Source: Octopus vulgaris
Lineage: Eukaryota
Direction: 5' to 3'
Assembly (NCBI GenBank): GCA_951406725.2
Contig: OX597820.1
Span: 112,406,001 to 112,470,000, forward strand
Length of the DNA: 64,000 nucleotides
The notes beneath the pieces were generated by a model. It saw nothing but the letters and a program-made list of their open reading frames with translations. It did not search any database and was not told the origin of the DNA. The position numbers were made by a program, and so were the translations under genes. Positions 12,801-28,309 of this stretch are shown piece by piece; the first letter of the stretch is position 1; each line of letters opens with the position of its first letter.

Positions 12801-13925
12801 CAAGGGCTTTGAAATAAAACCTAGAAGTTCCAGACACCCAGCTGAATACTTGACAGACACTGACTTTGTTGACGACATCGCTCTTATCAGCGATTCTCTC
12901 TCCAATGCCCAATCTCTTGAACAAGCCTCAAACTGTGTAGGTCTTTACCTCAATGAGGCCAAGACTGAATATATAAACAAGTGCCTGTCCAACAGTGATT
13001 GCATCATCCATACTTTCAACAATATGCCCTTAAATATGGTTTCTGATTACAAATATCTTGGGTCATACATATCATCATCTGGAAAAGATTTTCTAACTAG
13101 AAAGGGTATGGCCTGGTCAGCCTGTAATAACATGCATAAGATCTGGTCATCAAATCTAAGTAGAGACTTCAAACTTGAAATCTTCAAAGTCACAGTCGAA
13201 CCAATTCTACTATATGGCTCAGAAACCTGGATGTTATCAAAGAAGCTTGAGAGGTGGTTGGATGGAACCTACACTCGCCTCCTTATGAGAGCTCAAAATC
13301 TCTCGTGGAAGCGTCATCCAACCAAAATGCAAATATATGGGAAACTACCACCTGTGTCATCTCTTGTGAAAGGTAGAAGAGTCCAGTTTGCTGGACATTG
13401 TTGTAGAGCTGAAAACGTGGCAATTTCTCCTCTTCTCCTCTGGAAGCCATCTACTCGCAATACCAGAGGGCGCACACTCTTCTATCCTGATGTAATCTCC
13501 AGGGATACAGGCATCTAGCAACAGGACCTCTGTAATGCTATGATGGACTGTGAAGTCTGGCGTAGCATGGTAAATTCCATTGTCTTGACCATGGTCGAAC
13601 AATGATGATGATGAGTCAGGCGACACTGGCAATGACCATGCTCAAATGGTGCTTTTTACGTGCCACCGGCACAGGAGCCAGTCAGGTGGTACTGGCCATA
13701 ACAATAATTTCACTTGACTCAGAAGGTCTTCTCAACCACAGTTTATTGCCCAATGATTGAAGGGCACTTTTAAATGGGCTGGTTGTACTACACTGGCATA
13801 GGCCAGGGTTATGGTCTCACTTGGCTTGCCAGGTCTTCTCATGCAGAGCATATCTCCAAAGGTCTCAATCACTCATCATTACTCTTGTGAGGCCCAGCAT
13901 TTGAAGGTCATGCTTAACCACCTCA
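9824..13925 (-). mobile_element. (GAT)n-tailed non-autonomous retroelement (family D) with internal ~60-bp tandem units, split by the RTE insertion
   Basis: catcat..ttaacatc..ttccat.ctggcatgggttg...cagctggatg.ccttcctaacgccaaccac motif shared with copies at ~6950, 18030, 23988-24150, 44860-45020, 52880-53120, 54590-54700 and 58186-58690. The element occupies 9824-10170 and 13614-13925. Confidence 0.7.
10171..13613 (+). mobile_element. Near full-length RTE-clade LINE (APE endonuclease and reverse transcriptase), inactivated
   Basis: APE motifs (STFNAR, DIIAVQEH, CVYSPH, GDLNARLG) and RT motifs (NYRGISLMS, FSKAFDSV, GILQGDILAPFLF, FVDDIAL, YKYLGS, LLYGSETW). (GAT)n tail. TSD agtcagg(t/c)ga at 10161-10170 and 13614-13623. 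Several stops and frameshifts. Confidence 0.93.
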
Positions 13926-15572
13926 TTATAGTTATGTATATTGTTCAGCTAAAGATCTTATTATTCAGAGTTTTTATCCTTGCAATCACAGATGGCTTAA
14001 TCTTACACAATCTCAAGTGGAAGACAGGATTCATATAGGGTACATCTGGTCATTCAAGTTAATGTAGGAATATAAGAAATGCCCTATCTAACCACTTTGC
14101 TTTAAATGGAAAGCAGCTATTTAACTGAAAAAAAAAATCTAAATTAAAAGTCAGAGGATCATGGAAATCACTTGGAGTTTAGTCTCCACCAAATTGGTAA
14201 GTGATACAATGAACATTTATAAAATGTTCTGGAGATTCATTTTTTTTTTTAGCTTTCTAAAAAATCACATACTTGCTGCATACACATGCACACATCCATA
14301 AAAAACACACCATAAACTAAATATGTACAGCTATCAACTGAATGCAAGTACATCCATCCATACACACATACATATATATGAACCCATTAACTTACTCTCT
14401 CTTATTCACAAATCCTTGGAATTGTCTTACTTCAAATAAGAATTGTTACTTTGTTTATAATTGAGAAGAATTCTGTGTAGAAGTGCTTGGATAAGTTTTT
14501 AAAAATATTTTTAAGATGTACAAATGTAATCACAGGAACAAATACCTGTTCAGGATGGGAAACTATTCATTGTGTTTCTAATGACCTCCATTTCCACATT
14601 AATGACATGACAAGAAACCTTGTTTAATAACAGGTTATTCTTCTGATGACATTGAGAAAATTTCCAAGTTTCTAACAGATACGACAACTCATTATTTGCA
14701 AAATGTCTTATTTGTTTGAAACTTGAATTCATTACACTGAGTGAATCACTACAAACAAAATGAATGAACATGATTGTATTGCCAACAATTATGTGGGGTG
14801 CTGAAAAGTTCCTGGCTTTAAGGGTATCGCAAAAGGCTTGGTTGAATATGAATTGTGATATGTTTGAGATTTTGATAGAAACATTTCTGGATGGGGAAAC
14901 CCTTCTACCATCCTAGAAAAGGATGAGTTGAGTAAAGTAATCTCAGCTTTCCTGCACAGGGACAAAAAAATGGATAGTCACTGCTGGAATGTCTTCAATC
15001 ATAGGTTTATTTGCCAGAGCTGACCTAGAACTAAACAACAATATCTCTGCCACAATAGTGAGAATTAATAGAAGCATCCAGAAGCCCTTCACCTCAACGT
15101 AACTTCATCAACAGAACATACTGATATGTGCCAGTAGACTGCCAGGTGGTGGAAATTACCGAAATATTAGTACCAAGTAGTATTTAGGTATAAGCAAAGT
15201 TTGAGTTAGTTAAAATATGCTTGTTTCAACTGCTAAAAGGCAAATTCCCTGCAGTTACTGTAGAGAGAATTTTATCTTATGGTAAAAAGGTATAAAACCA
15301 CCATATCTGTCCAGTATCAAAGTCTGGGAATCCTGATAATGACACTGGACAGGTGTGGGGTTTTTATACCTTTTTATCATAAGAGAACATTTTCAGCACA
15401 TTAACTGCAGTGAATTTTGCCTTTTAGCAGTTAAAATATGTCACAAACATATTTTAACTAACCTAAACTTTGATTGTATGTGTGTGTGTGTGTGCACGTG
15501 TGCATGTGCATGTGTGTGTGTGCATACATGTATATCTACACAAACATGTACATATATATATGTGTATCTCTT

Positions 15573-15643
<71 letters not shown>

Positions 15644-15660
15644 TTATATATATATGTGTA

Positions 15661-15755
<95 letters not shown>

Positions 15756-16090
15756 CCTCTTTATCTCTCTGCTTACCTTATACTGATTCTTATTGCCTCA
15801 CTTAGCTAAACCTCCCCCACCCACTATGCCTGTACCATTCCTTCAGAATTCTGCTTTGCTATAACCAGAAATGACACTGACAAAAGTAACATCAACTTTT
15901 TAGGTCGTTCAATTTTTCTCAACCAATCAATGGGAAGATTCAGTAAATCTACCAATAATGAACCTACAATGACTATTGGAAACAGCTGTAGGTCAAATTT
16001 ACTACAATAATGAAAAGTATGTAATGACCATTGTATATACCTTGTCTTATATATACATACATACATATGTATCTCTATATATATATAGAT

Positions 16091-16256
16091 AGGAGTGGCT
16101 GTGTGGTAAGTAGCTTGCTAACCAACCACATGGTTCCGGGTTCAGTCCCGCTGCGTGGCATCTTGGGCAAGTGTCTTCTGCTATAGCCCCGGGCCAACCA
16201 ATGCCTTGTGAGTGGATTTGGTAGACGGAAACTGAAAGAAGCCTGTCGTATATATG

Positions 16257-16308
<52 letters not shown>

Positions 16309-16515
16309 TGTGTCTGTGTTTGTCCCCTTAGCATTGCTTGACAACCGATGCTGGTGTGTTTACGTCCCCGTCACTTAGCGGTTCGGCAAAAGAGACCGAT
16401 AGAATAAGTACTGGGCTTACAAAGAATAAGCCCCGGGGTTGATTTGCTCGACTAAAGGCGGTGCTCCAGCATGGCCGCAGTCAAATGACTGAAACAAGTA
16501 AAAGAGTAAAAGAGT
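16091..16515 (+). mobile_element. tRNA-derived SINE (family C) with internal (TA)/(TG)n microsatellite
   Basis: Head ggagtggctgtgtggtaag..ggttcagtccc, internal TG tract, 3' end gactgaaacaagtaaaagag. Other copies at 52155-52500 (+), 31700-31920 (-) and 49230-49440 (-). Confidence 0.85.
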
Positions 16516-16709
16516 ATATATATATATTTATTTATTTATTTATTATGATTTTGATTTTGATTTTTCCAGTTTCAGCTAATGAGCTGTGGCCATGCTAGGG
16601 CACCGCCATTTTATATATATATATATATATTATATATATATATTATTATATATATATTATATATTATATATATATATTATTATATATATATATATTATAT
16701 ATACATATA

Positions 16710-17000
16710 TCTATTATATAAAATCCATTCTGTCTGTGTGTGAGTGTGTCTTCTAGGATCTCGGGCATTCTCCATCCGATTGCGCTGAAATTTGATATGT
16801 AGATACCAACAGTATCAGGGGGTGTATAAGTCTTGAAAAAATTGCAAAAAGCGATTCCAGGTGAGAATGCGATCGATAAAGCCGTGGGAACGTGCATTTG
16901 GGATGGTTGGACAAGTTGTTTTGAGAAAATTTGGTTTAAATTTTTGACAACTCACCACCGTCCATTGGATGGGGGTGTATTTTGCTCGTATATGAACTGA
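16710..17000 (+). mobile_element. Helitron-like non-autonomous element, 5' fragment
   Basis: Starts tctattatataaaa, followed by ctgtctgtgtg and ccgattgcgctgaaatttga, typical of non-autonomous Helitron 5' ends; related to 61560-61700. Confidence 0.45.
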
Positions 17001-17423
17001 ATAAAAAGCCTATATACCAGTTCATCTTCTGCACCCTCTTGATGTATCTATATCAATAACATACATCATATAAATAATTTCTGAGGGAAAGCAATATCCT
17101 TACTTTAGATCCCATTGCTTTTATGTGGTATTTCATGCATTTTTAAAAAATTCTTAATGTAGTGTTTTCATTACAACTTGTTCTCAACCGGAAGCACTAC
17201 CACTCCTATCACAATTACAATCACAGCCATGACCGAGAAGATATGTATATATGCATGTATGTATGTGCATACATATGTGTGTATGTATGTATGTGTGTCT
17301 ATATATATATCACCTTGATCACCTTGACCATCCAGTCTGTCAGGTGTCCATTTGACACCGCTGGTCACAGCACGCTGTCCAAAACTATCTATCTATCTAT
17401 CTATCTTTATCTCTGTCTGTCTA

Positions 17424-17466
<43 letters not shown>

Positions 17467-17476
17467 TTCTCTCTCA

Positions 17477-17526
<50 letters not shown>

Positions 17527-17784
17527 TAATTAATAATAAAATATTAGGGAATAAATCCAAACTTACAGGGAAAAATCAGATTTAGGATTGAATCCAATTT
17601 TATAGTAAAATATTATATTATATTAAATTAGAGATAAAACCATGAAACGATCGTAGTGTTATACTCATTATCTTTTTTAAATAATTTGATATATATTTAA
17701 AATAATATAAATTAATTAATCTTATGTATTGGCTTAAGTTTTTCATTGTATGATTTGCCTAATAGTGGTTTTATCTCTAATTTA

Positions 17785-17825
<41 letters not shown>

Positions 17826-17841
17826 GTATATATATACACAC

Positions 17842-17905
<64 letters not shown>

Positions 17906-18110
17906 GCATACAAATATTATTGATTTGTCTTTCTCTCAATTTCACTTGAGCACTTTTTTGCAGTCCTATGTATGTTTTCTTTTTTGTTTCTATAAAAAGA
18001 AATGAAAATTATTACTTGTCATATATATATCATCATCATCATCATCATCATTTAACGTCCGCTTTCCATGCTAGCATGGGTTGGACAGTTCAACTGGGGT
18101 CTGGGGAGCC

Positions 18111-18149
<39 letters not shown>

Positions 18150-18252
18150 TAATATATATATGTATATATAATATAATATATGTATATATAATATATATAT
18201 ATATATATATAATATATATGTATATATATATTATATATATATATACATACAT

Positions 18253-18431
<179 letters not shown>

Positions 18432-18709
18432 TGTTAGGAACAGAACAAAATTGTTTACTGTTTGTTGGGCGACCTGAAATCCAAAGCAAAATAAATTTTT
18501 CTCACAACAGTTAATCATAATAGCTGAGATGAAAAATATGTGAGAGTTCACCTGAAACAGGTGAATAGATTAGTTGCTTATAGGTAGGGTGCTTCAACCT
18601 TGAGATATGTTGCCATTTATAGATAACTAATGAAATTAAGATACTGGTGGGAACAATATACTGAAAACTGGGAAATAGAAGAAAGCTGGTCCAGCTGATA
18701 TAAATGTAT

Positions 18710-18751
<42 letters not shown>

Positions 18752-19519
18752 GTATGAGCAGGTATTCTGGATGCACTTTTTCACTCTCTTAAAATCTTGG
18801 GTTCAGTTCTCATGTTTGTCACTTTCTGCGAATGTTTTTTAACATAGGTTCAAGTTGATCTTAGGTATGTGAGTGAAACAGTAAACAAAATCTGTGTGGA
18901 ACTTCATAGAATGGACTGGACCTCAAATTCATGTACGCATGTGTGTATGTATCAATGTAAGTATGCCTGTATATATATATGTATGTATATATGTTAAGAC
19001 ATTTATTGGACATAAAAATAATCGGACTGAATACCCGATCGCACGGTTAAACCATTGAGAGTGAAGGACTCCTAGCCTTTGTTAGGGCATCCTTCTAGGA
19101 GAAGGTAACTCAGGTAACTGGGATAACTCTGACATAAAACATGCGGCTCAGTGGTTACCGATGATGTTGACTTGTTCTTCTTTTCGGATTATGGCTGCTG
19201 TTGCTTAGTGAGTGGGATTGACTCAGTGCCCAGCCTTTCCTCACTTTAAAAAAATCTTCTTGCACAGGCATTGCATGATAACAACATTGATTAAGCTTTG
19301 TGCAATGGCCATACTCGATAACGAGGGGGCAGCCACCATGTATATTATGTATGTTATTCAGTTTTGTTTCAAGATTTCTGGCCAATAGAGAAAGAGCTGG
19401 TTTCTAGCCCAGATCTAATCTCCTTCATTGGAATTTCAGCAACATTAACAGGGGATTTTTGTATGTGTGTATAAGTGCAGCATTTGGAGTCAGTGCATGT
19501 GTAAGTATATATGTATGTG

Positions 19520-19960
19520 CAGGGCCGGCCCTAGGGTAACTGATGCCCTAGGTGAATTAAATTTTAAATTCTGTCAAGCAAAATCTTTTACAAGCTCTTA
19601 GGGTGAAAGTTTTCTGCAAATTTCATGTTCTATGAAAATTGTAGCTAGTCCAGTGAGCCTCTTTGGGCTATTGAAGTTCTTAGACATGTCTTTATTAATT
19701 TAAGTTTTAGAAAGCTATGCTCTCTGCTTGCGACCCTTACTGGTAGGGTTAGCAGGATTCTGAGAGCGATGTACGAATTTGGAAAGTGATCTCTTTGTTG
19801 CTGCTTGCAAAGTAGCTCAAGCTCTTTCAGAGGATCATGGGATTTTTCAAGTCTTCTTGATATGACATTCAGTTCATTAGACAAATCTTTTTAGATCATA
19901 CAGTAAACCGAAAATGGAATTTACTTGTTTCAGTTGTTCAAAGAGTTCTGAAACAGAAAG
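19520..19960 (-). mobile_element. hAT transposon end fragment
   Basis: TIR-like cagggccggccctagg at 19520. ORF 19645-19884 reads FPNSYIALRILLTLPVRVASREHSFLKLKLIKTCLR, a hAT dimerisation domain. Confidence 0.8.
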
Positions 19961-20209
19961 AATTTGCAAATGCAAATGAACAATTCTTCATCGCTACGTC
20001 CATACGAGAAGTTGATATTGAAAAACATTTGGGAAGAAGTGAATCATATATATAAAGCAATTTTAATTTTTAAGAAAAAGATAAACTGAATACCCTATTT
20101 TTTTTCTGGAATAAAATCCTTTACACATGCCAAGTATGGAAGCAATTCACGCAGCTGTTTTGGTGTGAAAAGTGAATGAACACACACACAAAACTTTATT
20201 TTATTATAT

Positions 20210-21160
20210 AGACTAGCTTAAGGTAACCCATTCTATGCGCAGGTGAGGGTGTGGTTGTTACTTTCTGTTGCTTCCTTTCTGTTTCTTAAATCTTGCCTTA
20301 ATTTTCAAAATTTTGAACCCATTTTCTGCACTTAAATTACAAATCTGCTTCCACTTTACTATGTTGAAAATTTGATTGAAATCGGGCAAAAGGTGTCCAA
20401 TCTAGACCACCAAATGTCCCCAAAAATCAATAAAATCTCCATTTTCACAGTAAAGCAACCACTGTAGCACCCCAAAACGTCTCCCAAATAATTTCTCACC
20501 CCAAGTTACCCTATTCTGTAAATTTTAATCCCCTTCCAGCCCCATTTAGACCCCTTTTTACATAATCCAATTTGTATCAACATTCACCTTCTTCATTTTA
20601 TAGATTAGATTAAAGATAACCACCTCTAGCCCCTGCAGCAATACGAAAAGCCACCATTATTCAAACAGTGCAACCTGTCTATCCCATAAAACTCAATTTT
20701 TCCCATATTCCTCACCATGGAAACCAAACGGTAGCCCCATGTGACTTGCAACCCTCCTCACACCATTGCCCACCCCATTTTACCCCCCCAGTGTAAATTT
20801 TGGTGCCAATCCGACCCCATCTACCACCCCTTAAACCTTCCCATCCCAAAATGAGACAAACAACTTTTTCACATTTCAGCTTTATAGATATTGATGAAAA
20901 GTAGGGGGAAGGAAGGGAAGAGAGAGATGGAGGAAGACGGAGAGAAACGACAAACACTTGTCAAAGTCTGGGTTTTGTTGCCCTAGTAACCACAGCTTTT
21001 GAGATAGGGGTTTCTAACCTAGTCCAGTCGCTTCCTTGCCTCTTTTTACATGTCTCTATAAATTTTGGAGCCAATCTGATCCCATCTGCTGGTCCTTAAA
21101 CCGTTCCCATCCCAAAATGAGACAAACCAATTTTTCGCATTTCAGCTTTATTGATTAGAA
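20210..21160. mobile_element. Helitron-like non-autonomous element with an internal duplication
   Basis: ctag..ccc..gc.gg terminal-like motif at ~20213. A ~100-bp unit (aaattttgg.gccaatc.ga.cccatct...cccaaaatgagacaa...tttcagcttta) occurs at 20795-20890 and 21060-21155. Confidence 0.4.
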
Positions 21161-22734
21161 AAACAGTTTAAGTCAAGTTGAATATAATTGAGTACATTAC
21201 TCAGACAAATTTGACAGGTCTTACTCATAGAATTTGAATGGTTTCTTGAAGCAAAAATTATTAAAAAATTTAATATAAATATTTATTAAATAATTATCAA
21301 TCATATGATTAATATTAAGTGAAAAAGGAGCTAAAAACCCCAATGGATTATGCCCATGGAAAAAAAAAAACTCTTTTTAAAAACCTCCCTGGCTCCTCCT
21401 GTAATTTAATTTGAAAGAAAAAATTCTCCCCAAAAAATGATGCTGTGGACACATATCAAAACCATGATATAAAAATTTTGACAACACCTAACTGATGTTG
21501 ATTTTTAAGTTTTGCTGAGACATTGGCACATTACTAATATACATATCATATAGGGGTAGAGTCAACTCACCAGCAAACCAACTTGTCATTATACAATTTA
21601 TTACAACTGTTAAGTATATTACACATTCTTTTGAATATTTTAACAATGATTGTCAAAATATACACATAATATGTTAAATTTTAAAATTCATTTGTTTTTT
21701 GGGGTCCTCAAATTAAACCAGGCAGTAATTTTCAAATGACTGGGCTGCACTGTGGGCCGAAGCCTTAGAGGGAACATTGGATTTTGGAAGTGTAAGTATA
21801 ACTGAAATCTTTATCAATCTGTTGATGATTAGATAAGTGAATTTTTTTTATTATAATAATAAAATTATAACTTTATAATTATTCTGCAAGTTTGTTGTCT
21901 TAATAACTGTGATAAAATTTTGATTTTCTCTGTCTTTGGTCAGTAAGTGTTATTTCCTATTTGCTTCTATCTAGAAATCAAAGGAAATGACTACGGTTCC
22001 CTTTGAGTTTTACTTTTGTCCCCTGGGCATCAAAGTTTTGAAATTGACCTATTTTATCTTACATTTCAGACAGATTCAGTGGTAAGTTGCTGAAGCAGAA
22101 ATATCATTGTAGCAAATATTCTACTCAATATCACAGATTTGCTTGTCAGTTGCTTGGCCTTAACCAGTTGAACATATCCCTTAGTAGCTGAGAATATGTG
22201 CACTTCTGATTTATGAGCAGGAGTAGTGGGAGAGCATCATAACCATTTGTTGAGAGAGATTCTTAGGGGTTTGAATAAATGTAACAAGAAGCTATTTCTC
22301 ATACTTTCTAAGGGTGAGCAAATAGGAAATAACAACAGCTACCCAAGGACAAAAATCATCACTTGAGCATGTTCCTTAGTGGCTGACAATATGTGCATCT
22401 CTGATCATGAGCATGAATGGTGAGGGAGCATCAAAGCCATGTGCTGAGAGGGATTCTTTGGGGCTTGAATAAATGTAGCAAAAGCAAAGTTTGAAGGAAA
22501 TATAAGCCCTCTTTCATACTTTCTAGGAGTAAGCAAATAGGAAATAACAGTTGCTACTCAAGGACAAAAATTGCGTTATACAGTGTAAAAATGGTTTCAG
22601 ATTTTGGCACAAGGCTGGCAATTTTAATGGGAGATGGAAAGTTAATTATATTGACTCCAGTACTTGACTTGTACCATATTTTATTGACTCCAAAAGGATA
22701 AAAAGCCAAGTTCATCCCTATGGTATTTGAATTT

Positions 22735-23060
22735 AACTGGCACTCTGTCGGTTACAACAACAAGGATTCCAGTTGATCTGATCAACAGAACAGCCTGCTC
22801 ATGAGATTAACGTGCATGTGGCTGAGCAGTCTACAGACACATGTACCATTAATGTAGTTCCCAGGAAGATACTACATCACACAGAGTGTTACAAGGCTGG
22901 CCTTTGAAATATAGGTACAACTTATATTTGCCAGCTGAGTGAACTGGAACAATGTGAAATAAAGTGTCTTGCTTAAGGACACAGTGCACTGCTGGGAATT
23001 GCACTCATGATCTTGCGATGATGAGCTGAATACCTTGATCGCTAATCCAGGTGCCTTCAC
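22735..23060 (-). mobile_element. SINE family A copy (older)
   Basis: Colinear with 4101-4430, with CpG decay. Another copy lies at 37150-37430 (+). Confidence 0.85.
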
Positions 23061-24419
23061 TGGGATTTGAACTTAGAACATAAAGAACCAGAAGAAATGC
23101 TGCTGTTTAGTGTTTTATCTGATGCTCTAATGGTTTCTGTCAGTTCTGCCCTTTATGTATTTATATAAATATCAGAACAAACATATTGCAATTATGGAAA
23201 CCTTCTTAGAAATAAACATTCTCACCATCAGACATGTCAAGGTGTAAGAAACGCATGCAACAATTAAGTAGCTCCTGTTCAACCTACTAAAAATAGTAGC
23301 CAAAACTCTCTTGAATACACCCTAAAATAAAGATTATATAAAACAATAGTAGAGCTTCTGTTATACATCCAACAGGAATTCATCATTGTCTTTTTAGATT
23401 ATGACAACATCGACAAGATATAGTTTGTCAAATTGTTTCAACTCACACCCACCCTAAACTCTTGTACTGGAAATTGATTTCTTAGAAAAGTTAGTTTTGT
23501 ATATACAGAGCAAATGTATGTATATATGTTGAACTTAATAGAAATAGTGACTAAATCTCTGTGAAATAACACCCAACTGTCTTTCAAAAAAGAGCCCACT
23601 GGACTGTGCAGTCCCAGAGTTCTCTATATCTAGAAAAAGAAGACAAGGTGGTCATGAAGAGAACACTTTTGATTATAGGTCTGCTGAATCAGGGCCGACC
23701 AGGGGTTAAACAATAACAAAAATAATGAAAAATAATGACAATCAGATCATACTTGATGCATCCAAATTAAAAATGCCAAGATCGTGTTTCAAGTTGATTT
23801 TTATACCCATAACCTCCACGAGATGCACATGCATTTCAGTTTCCATGACAATCGTTTGTGACTGCCACCCATGGCATTCAATGCAGCTGTGTTTTGGCAT
23901 CTCATCTCAGGGAAAGTTGAAAGGTTACCTGTAATTTGGGTCTCAGCCATAAACCAGCATGCCTTAGAATATTTACAATTACATCTCACAGAGTGGTTGG
24001 CGTTAGGAAGGGCATCCAGCTGTAGAAACACTGCCAAATCTGACTGGGCCTGATGAAGCCTTCCAGCTTCACAGACCCCAGTTAAACCGTCCAACCCATG
24101 CTAGCATGGAAAACGGACGCTAAATGATGATGATGATGATGATGATGATGACATCTCTGAAATAAATTTTCAGAATTTACCATAGAAAAATGACATTTGA
24201 AAAAATCCTTAATCTTTGACATTTTATTGTTATTTTAATTTTAATTTTTCTATTATATGTAATTTTCTAGATGGCGTAATTTAATTGTTCATTTTGAATT
24301 GATAAAAGGTGTTTTTTTCTATTTTTTTATATATATATATTATATTGTGTGAAATTTGATTTAGTATTTCTAAATTGAATTTTTTTCCTTGTAAGTCTGG
24401 ATTTTATTCCCTCAAATAA

Positions 24420-25483
<1,064 letters not shown>

Positions 25484-25711
25484 CATATGTATGTATGTAT
25501 ATATATATATATGTGTGTGTGTGTGTATATATATATATATACTCTCTTTACATTTTTACTTTTTTCAGTCATTTGAATGCAGCCATGCTGGAGCACCACC
25601 TTTAGTCGAGCAAATCAACCCCAGGTGTTTCTTTTTATATTTACTATTTATATTTATATTGTTTGGAGCTAACTTTCTTCTTATACTCGAACCCTAGATC
25701 TTACATTTATA

Positions 25712-25934
25712 TTCGGTTGGTGCATAGTTATTGTGGCTTTTTTTCGACAAATTTTATTCAACAAAAAAAATAACATGTAACAAAATCATCTTTAAATGAT
25801 TATTCTGGAGCATATTCACCATCTACTCCCAATTACTGCTTCCCATTTGCTTGGCAGACTGTCAGACTGTCATTTAAAGATGTTTTTGTTGAATAAAATT
25901 TGTTGCAAAAATGCTGCGATAATTATGCACCAAC

Positions 25935-25938
<4 letters not shown>
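25712..25938. mobile_element. Mariner-derived MITE
   Basis: ~55-bp imperfect TIRs (ttcggttggtgcata... / ...tatgcaccaacccaa) with TA flanks. Confidence 0.8.
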
Positions 25939-25998
<60 letters not shown>

Positions 25999-26044
25999 TA
26001 CAATGAACTGTATACAATAAGTTCATTATACATACATGTATATG

Positions 26045-26098
<54 letters not shown>

Positions 26099-26099
<1 letters not shown>

Positions 26100-27151
26100 T
26101 AGTTCGTCAAGTATGAAATTTGTAGTAAGGAATATGGTAAACTTTGACAGCTGCTCATTTTGTGCCATTATTATATTTTGACAATCTTTATTTTTTGTCA
26201 GAAAGCTGACACATCTATTTCTTTATTCCAACTCATTTTGTACTTTATAAATTATTTATAAATCGCTTTTTTCTATTTTTGTTTAGAGATGGATAAGTCA
26301 GAAATTTGTACAGTTTTGAAATATGAGTTCTTTCTTGGAAATATAGAATCACTGACAGCTTGGAATATTAATGGAGTATTTCATTCTAATGTTATTACAC
26401 AGCAGACAGTATTAAATTGGTTTGCAAAACTTCATTCTTTTAACTTTGACCTCACAAATGAGCAACACAGTCAACCAGAAGCAAAAGTGGATAATGACAA
26501 ACTGAAAGCCACCGTCGAGTCAGATCTTTCTCAAAGTGCCATGAATTATTGACTCACCTAGTTCAAATTGGTTAAGTGAAAAAGTTGGATAAATGGGTTC
26601 CACATGAACTCAATGAAAATCAGAAACAGCAACGTTTGGAAGCCTGCATTATGCCACTTTCTTGCCACAAAAATGAATAATTTTTGAATCGAATTGTAAC
26701 ATGTGATGAGAAATGGATCCAATACAACAACTGTAAATGGTTGGACAAAGACAAGCCACCAAAACACAGTCCAGAAAGCAAAATCCATCAAAAGAAGCTG
26801 TTTGGTGGTCTGGCACAGGTGTGATTCATTATGATTCCATTAAACCTGGCTCATCAATCATGGCTGCAGTATACTGCAGCCATCTGGACCAAATGATGCA
26901 GAAACTTACAAAAAACAGACTAGATTAGGAAAAAAAAATTTAATTCTGACAATGCCGTAAAACAGGTCTTCCAAGATTTTATTGACTCTAGATTGACAGG
27001 ATTTTACAGTTCTGGGCTGGTCTACTGCTGAAATGGCAAAAGTGTATTGATGATATGGGTGCATACTTTGATGAATAAAATTATTCCTTGTATTTATAAA
27101 ACATCAGCAAATTTTTTTTCTTTTCTACAAATTTCATACTTGACGACCTAA
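26099..27151 (+). mobile_element. Decayed mariner transposon
   Basis: TIRs ttagttcgtcaagtatgaaatttgtag / ctacaaatttcatacttgacgacctaa with TA TSD. Transposase relics WVPHEL and IVTCDEKWI; internally deleted. Confidence 0.9.
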
Positions 27152-27179
27152 TATATAAATACAGAAATATATATATATA

Positions 27180-27231
<52 letters not shown>

Positions 27232-27291
27232 CACACACAGACACATATACATATGTGTGTATATCTATCTGTATGATTGTCTGGCTGTCTG

Positions 27292-27331
<40 letters not shown>

Positions 27332-27559
27332 CTTTCATGTATCTTTCATTAAATACAGGGATATGTTAAAGTTTTATCTTCTTTGTTTTCAAATTTTTTG
27401 TATTTTTTTTCTAAGTTTTTATAGCTCATTTGTACACAAGAAACAACATAGATGCCAAATATATTCAGTGTTTGTAAATGTGAAGGTTTGAAAACATCAA
27501 ATAGGAATTTAGGAACTCTATTGTTTCAAACTGACTGTGCAAAGACTATTAAGAAAATA

Positions 27560-27776
27560 CAGTTATCCCTCAACTATAGCGGGTGTTATGTTCCAAAACA
27601 CCCCACAATATGTGAAAATTTGTGAAGTAGAAACAGTACTGTATATTTTTTAATTAATTTTAATAATTTTAATATATCTATTTTATCATAAATGCAAAAC
27701 AAAGCCACAGAGTAATCGATGTAAGCTTAAATAATAAACTGCGATAGATGATCCACAATATCGCATGGGATGACTG
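27560..27776. mobile_element. pogo/Tigger-like MITE
   Basis: ta-cagttatccc ... gggatgactg-ta termini. Confidence 0.65.
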
Positions 27777-27869
27777 TACATAAAAAGAATCTAAAAGAAA
27801 TAGTTAAAACCTGAAAATTTGAGCAGTCATGTATTTAAGGAAGCATGAATAGACGGGTGTGGTGTGCAT

Positions 27870-27891
27870 GTAGATAGACAGACAGATAGAC

Positions 27892-27957
<66 letters not shown>

Positions 27958-27989
27958 GTAGATAGATAAATAGATAGATAGGTAGATAG

Positions 27990-28026
<37 letters not shown>
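27870..28026. repeat. (GATA)n/(GACA)n/(GA)n compound microsatellite
   Basis: Seen directly. Similar tracts at 17385-17525, 27285-27330, 52768-52826 and 57988-58038. Confidence 0.95.
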
Positions 28027-28027
<1 letters not shown>

Positions 28028-28257
28028 CAGGAGACAATATAAACAATGTATAAAAGAGGATACAAAACAAGAGTTAGCTGCATGGTTCAACTGGTTTATT
28101 TACAATATTGGTGCACAATAGAATTCCATTAGCTTCTCACATTGACAACGTATTTTAGTCCTCAAGGTTTGTCTGCTGTTCAAAGCCAGAAAAAGCTTTT
28201 CTTTGTTGACATTATATATATATATATACAATTACGTACACACACACACACATCACC

Positions 28258-28309
<52 letters not shown>

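Noticed and set aside
14544-14748. Minus-strand exon-like segment (tttgtag|...cag|gtattt)
   Set aside because: All frames contain stops before the donor and there is no homology; the plus-strand aGPCR-relic reading explains the region better.
15355-15809. Numerous 60-160 aa ORFs rich in YI/CV/HT/LS/ER repeats (also near 6.0, 17-18.5, 25-26, 27.8, 36 and 51 kb)
   Set aside because: They are translations of stop-free dinucleotide and tetranucleotide microsatellites, not genes.
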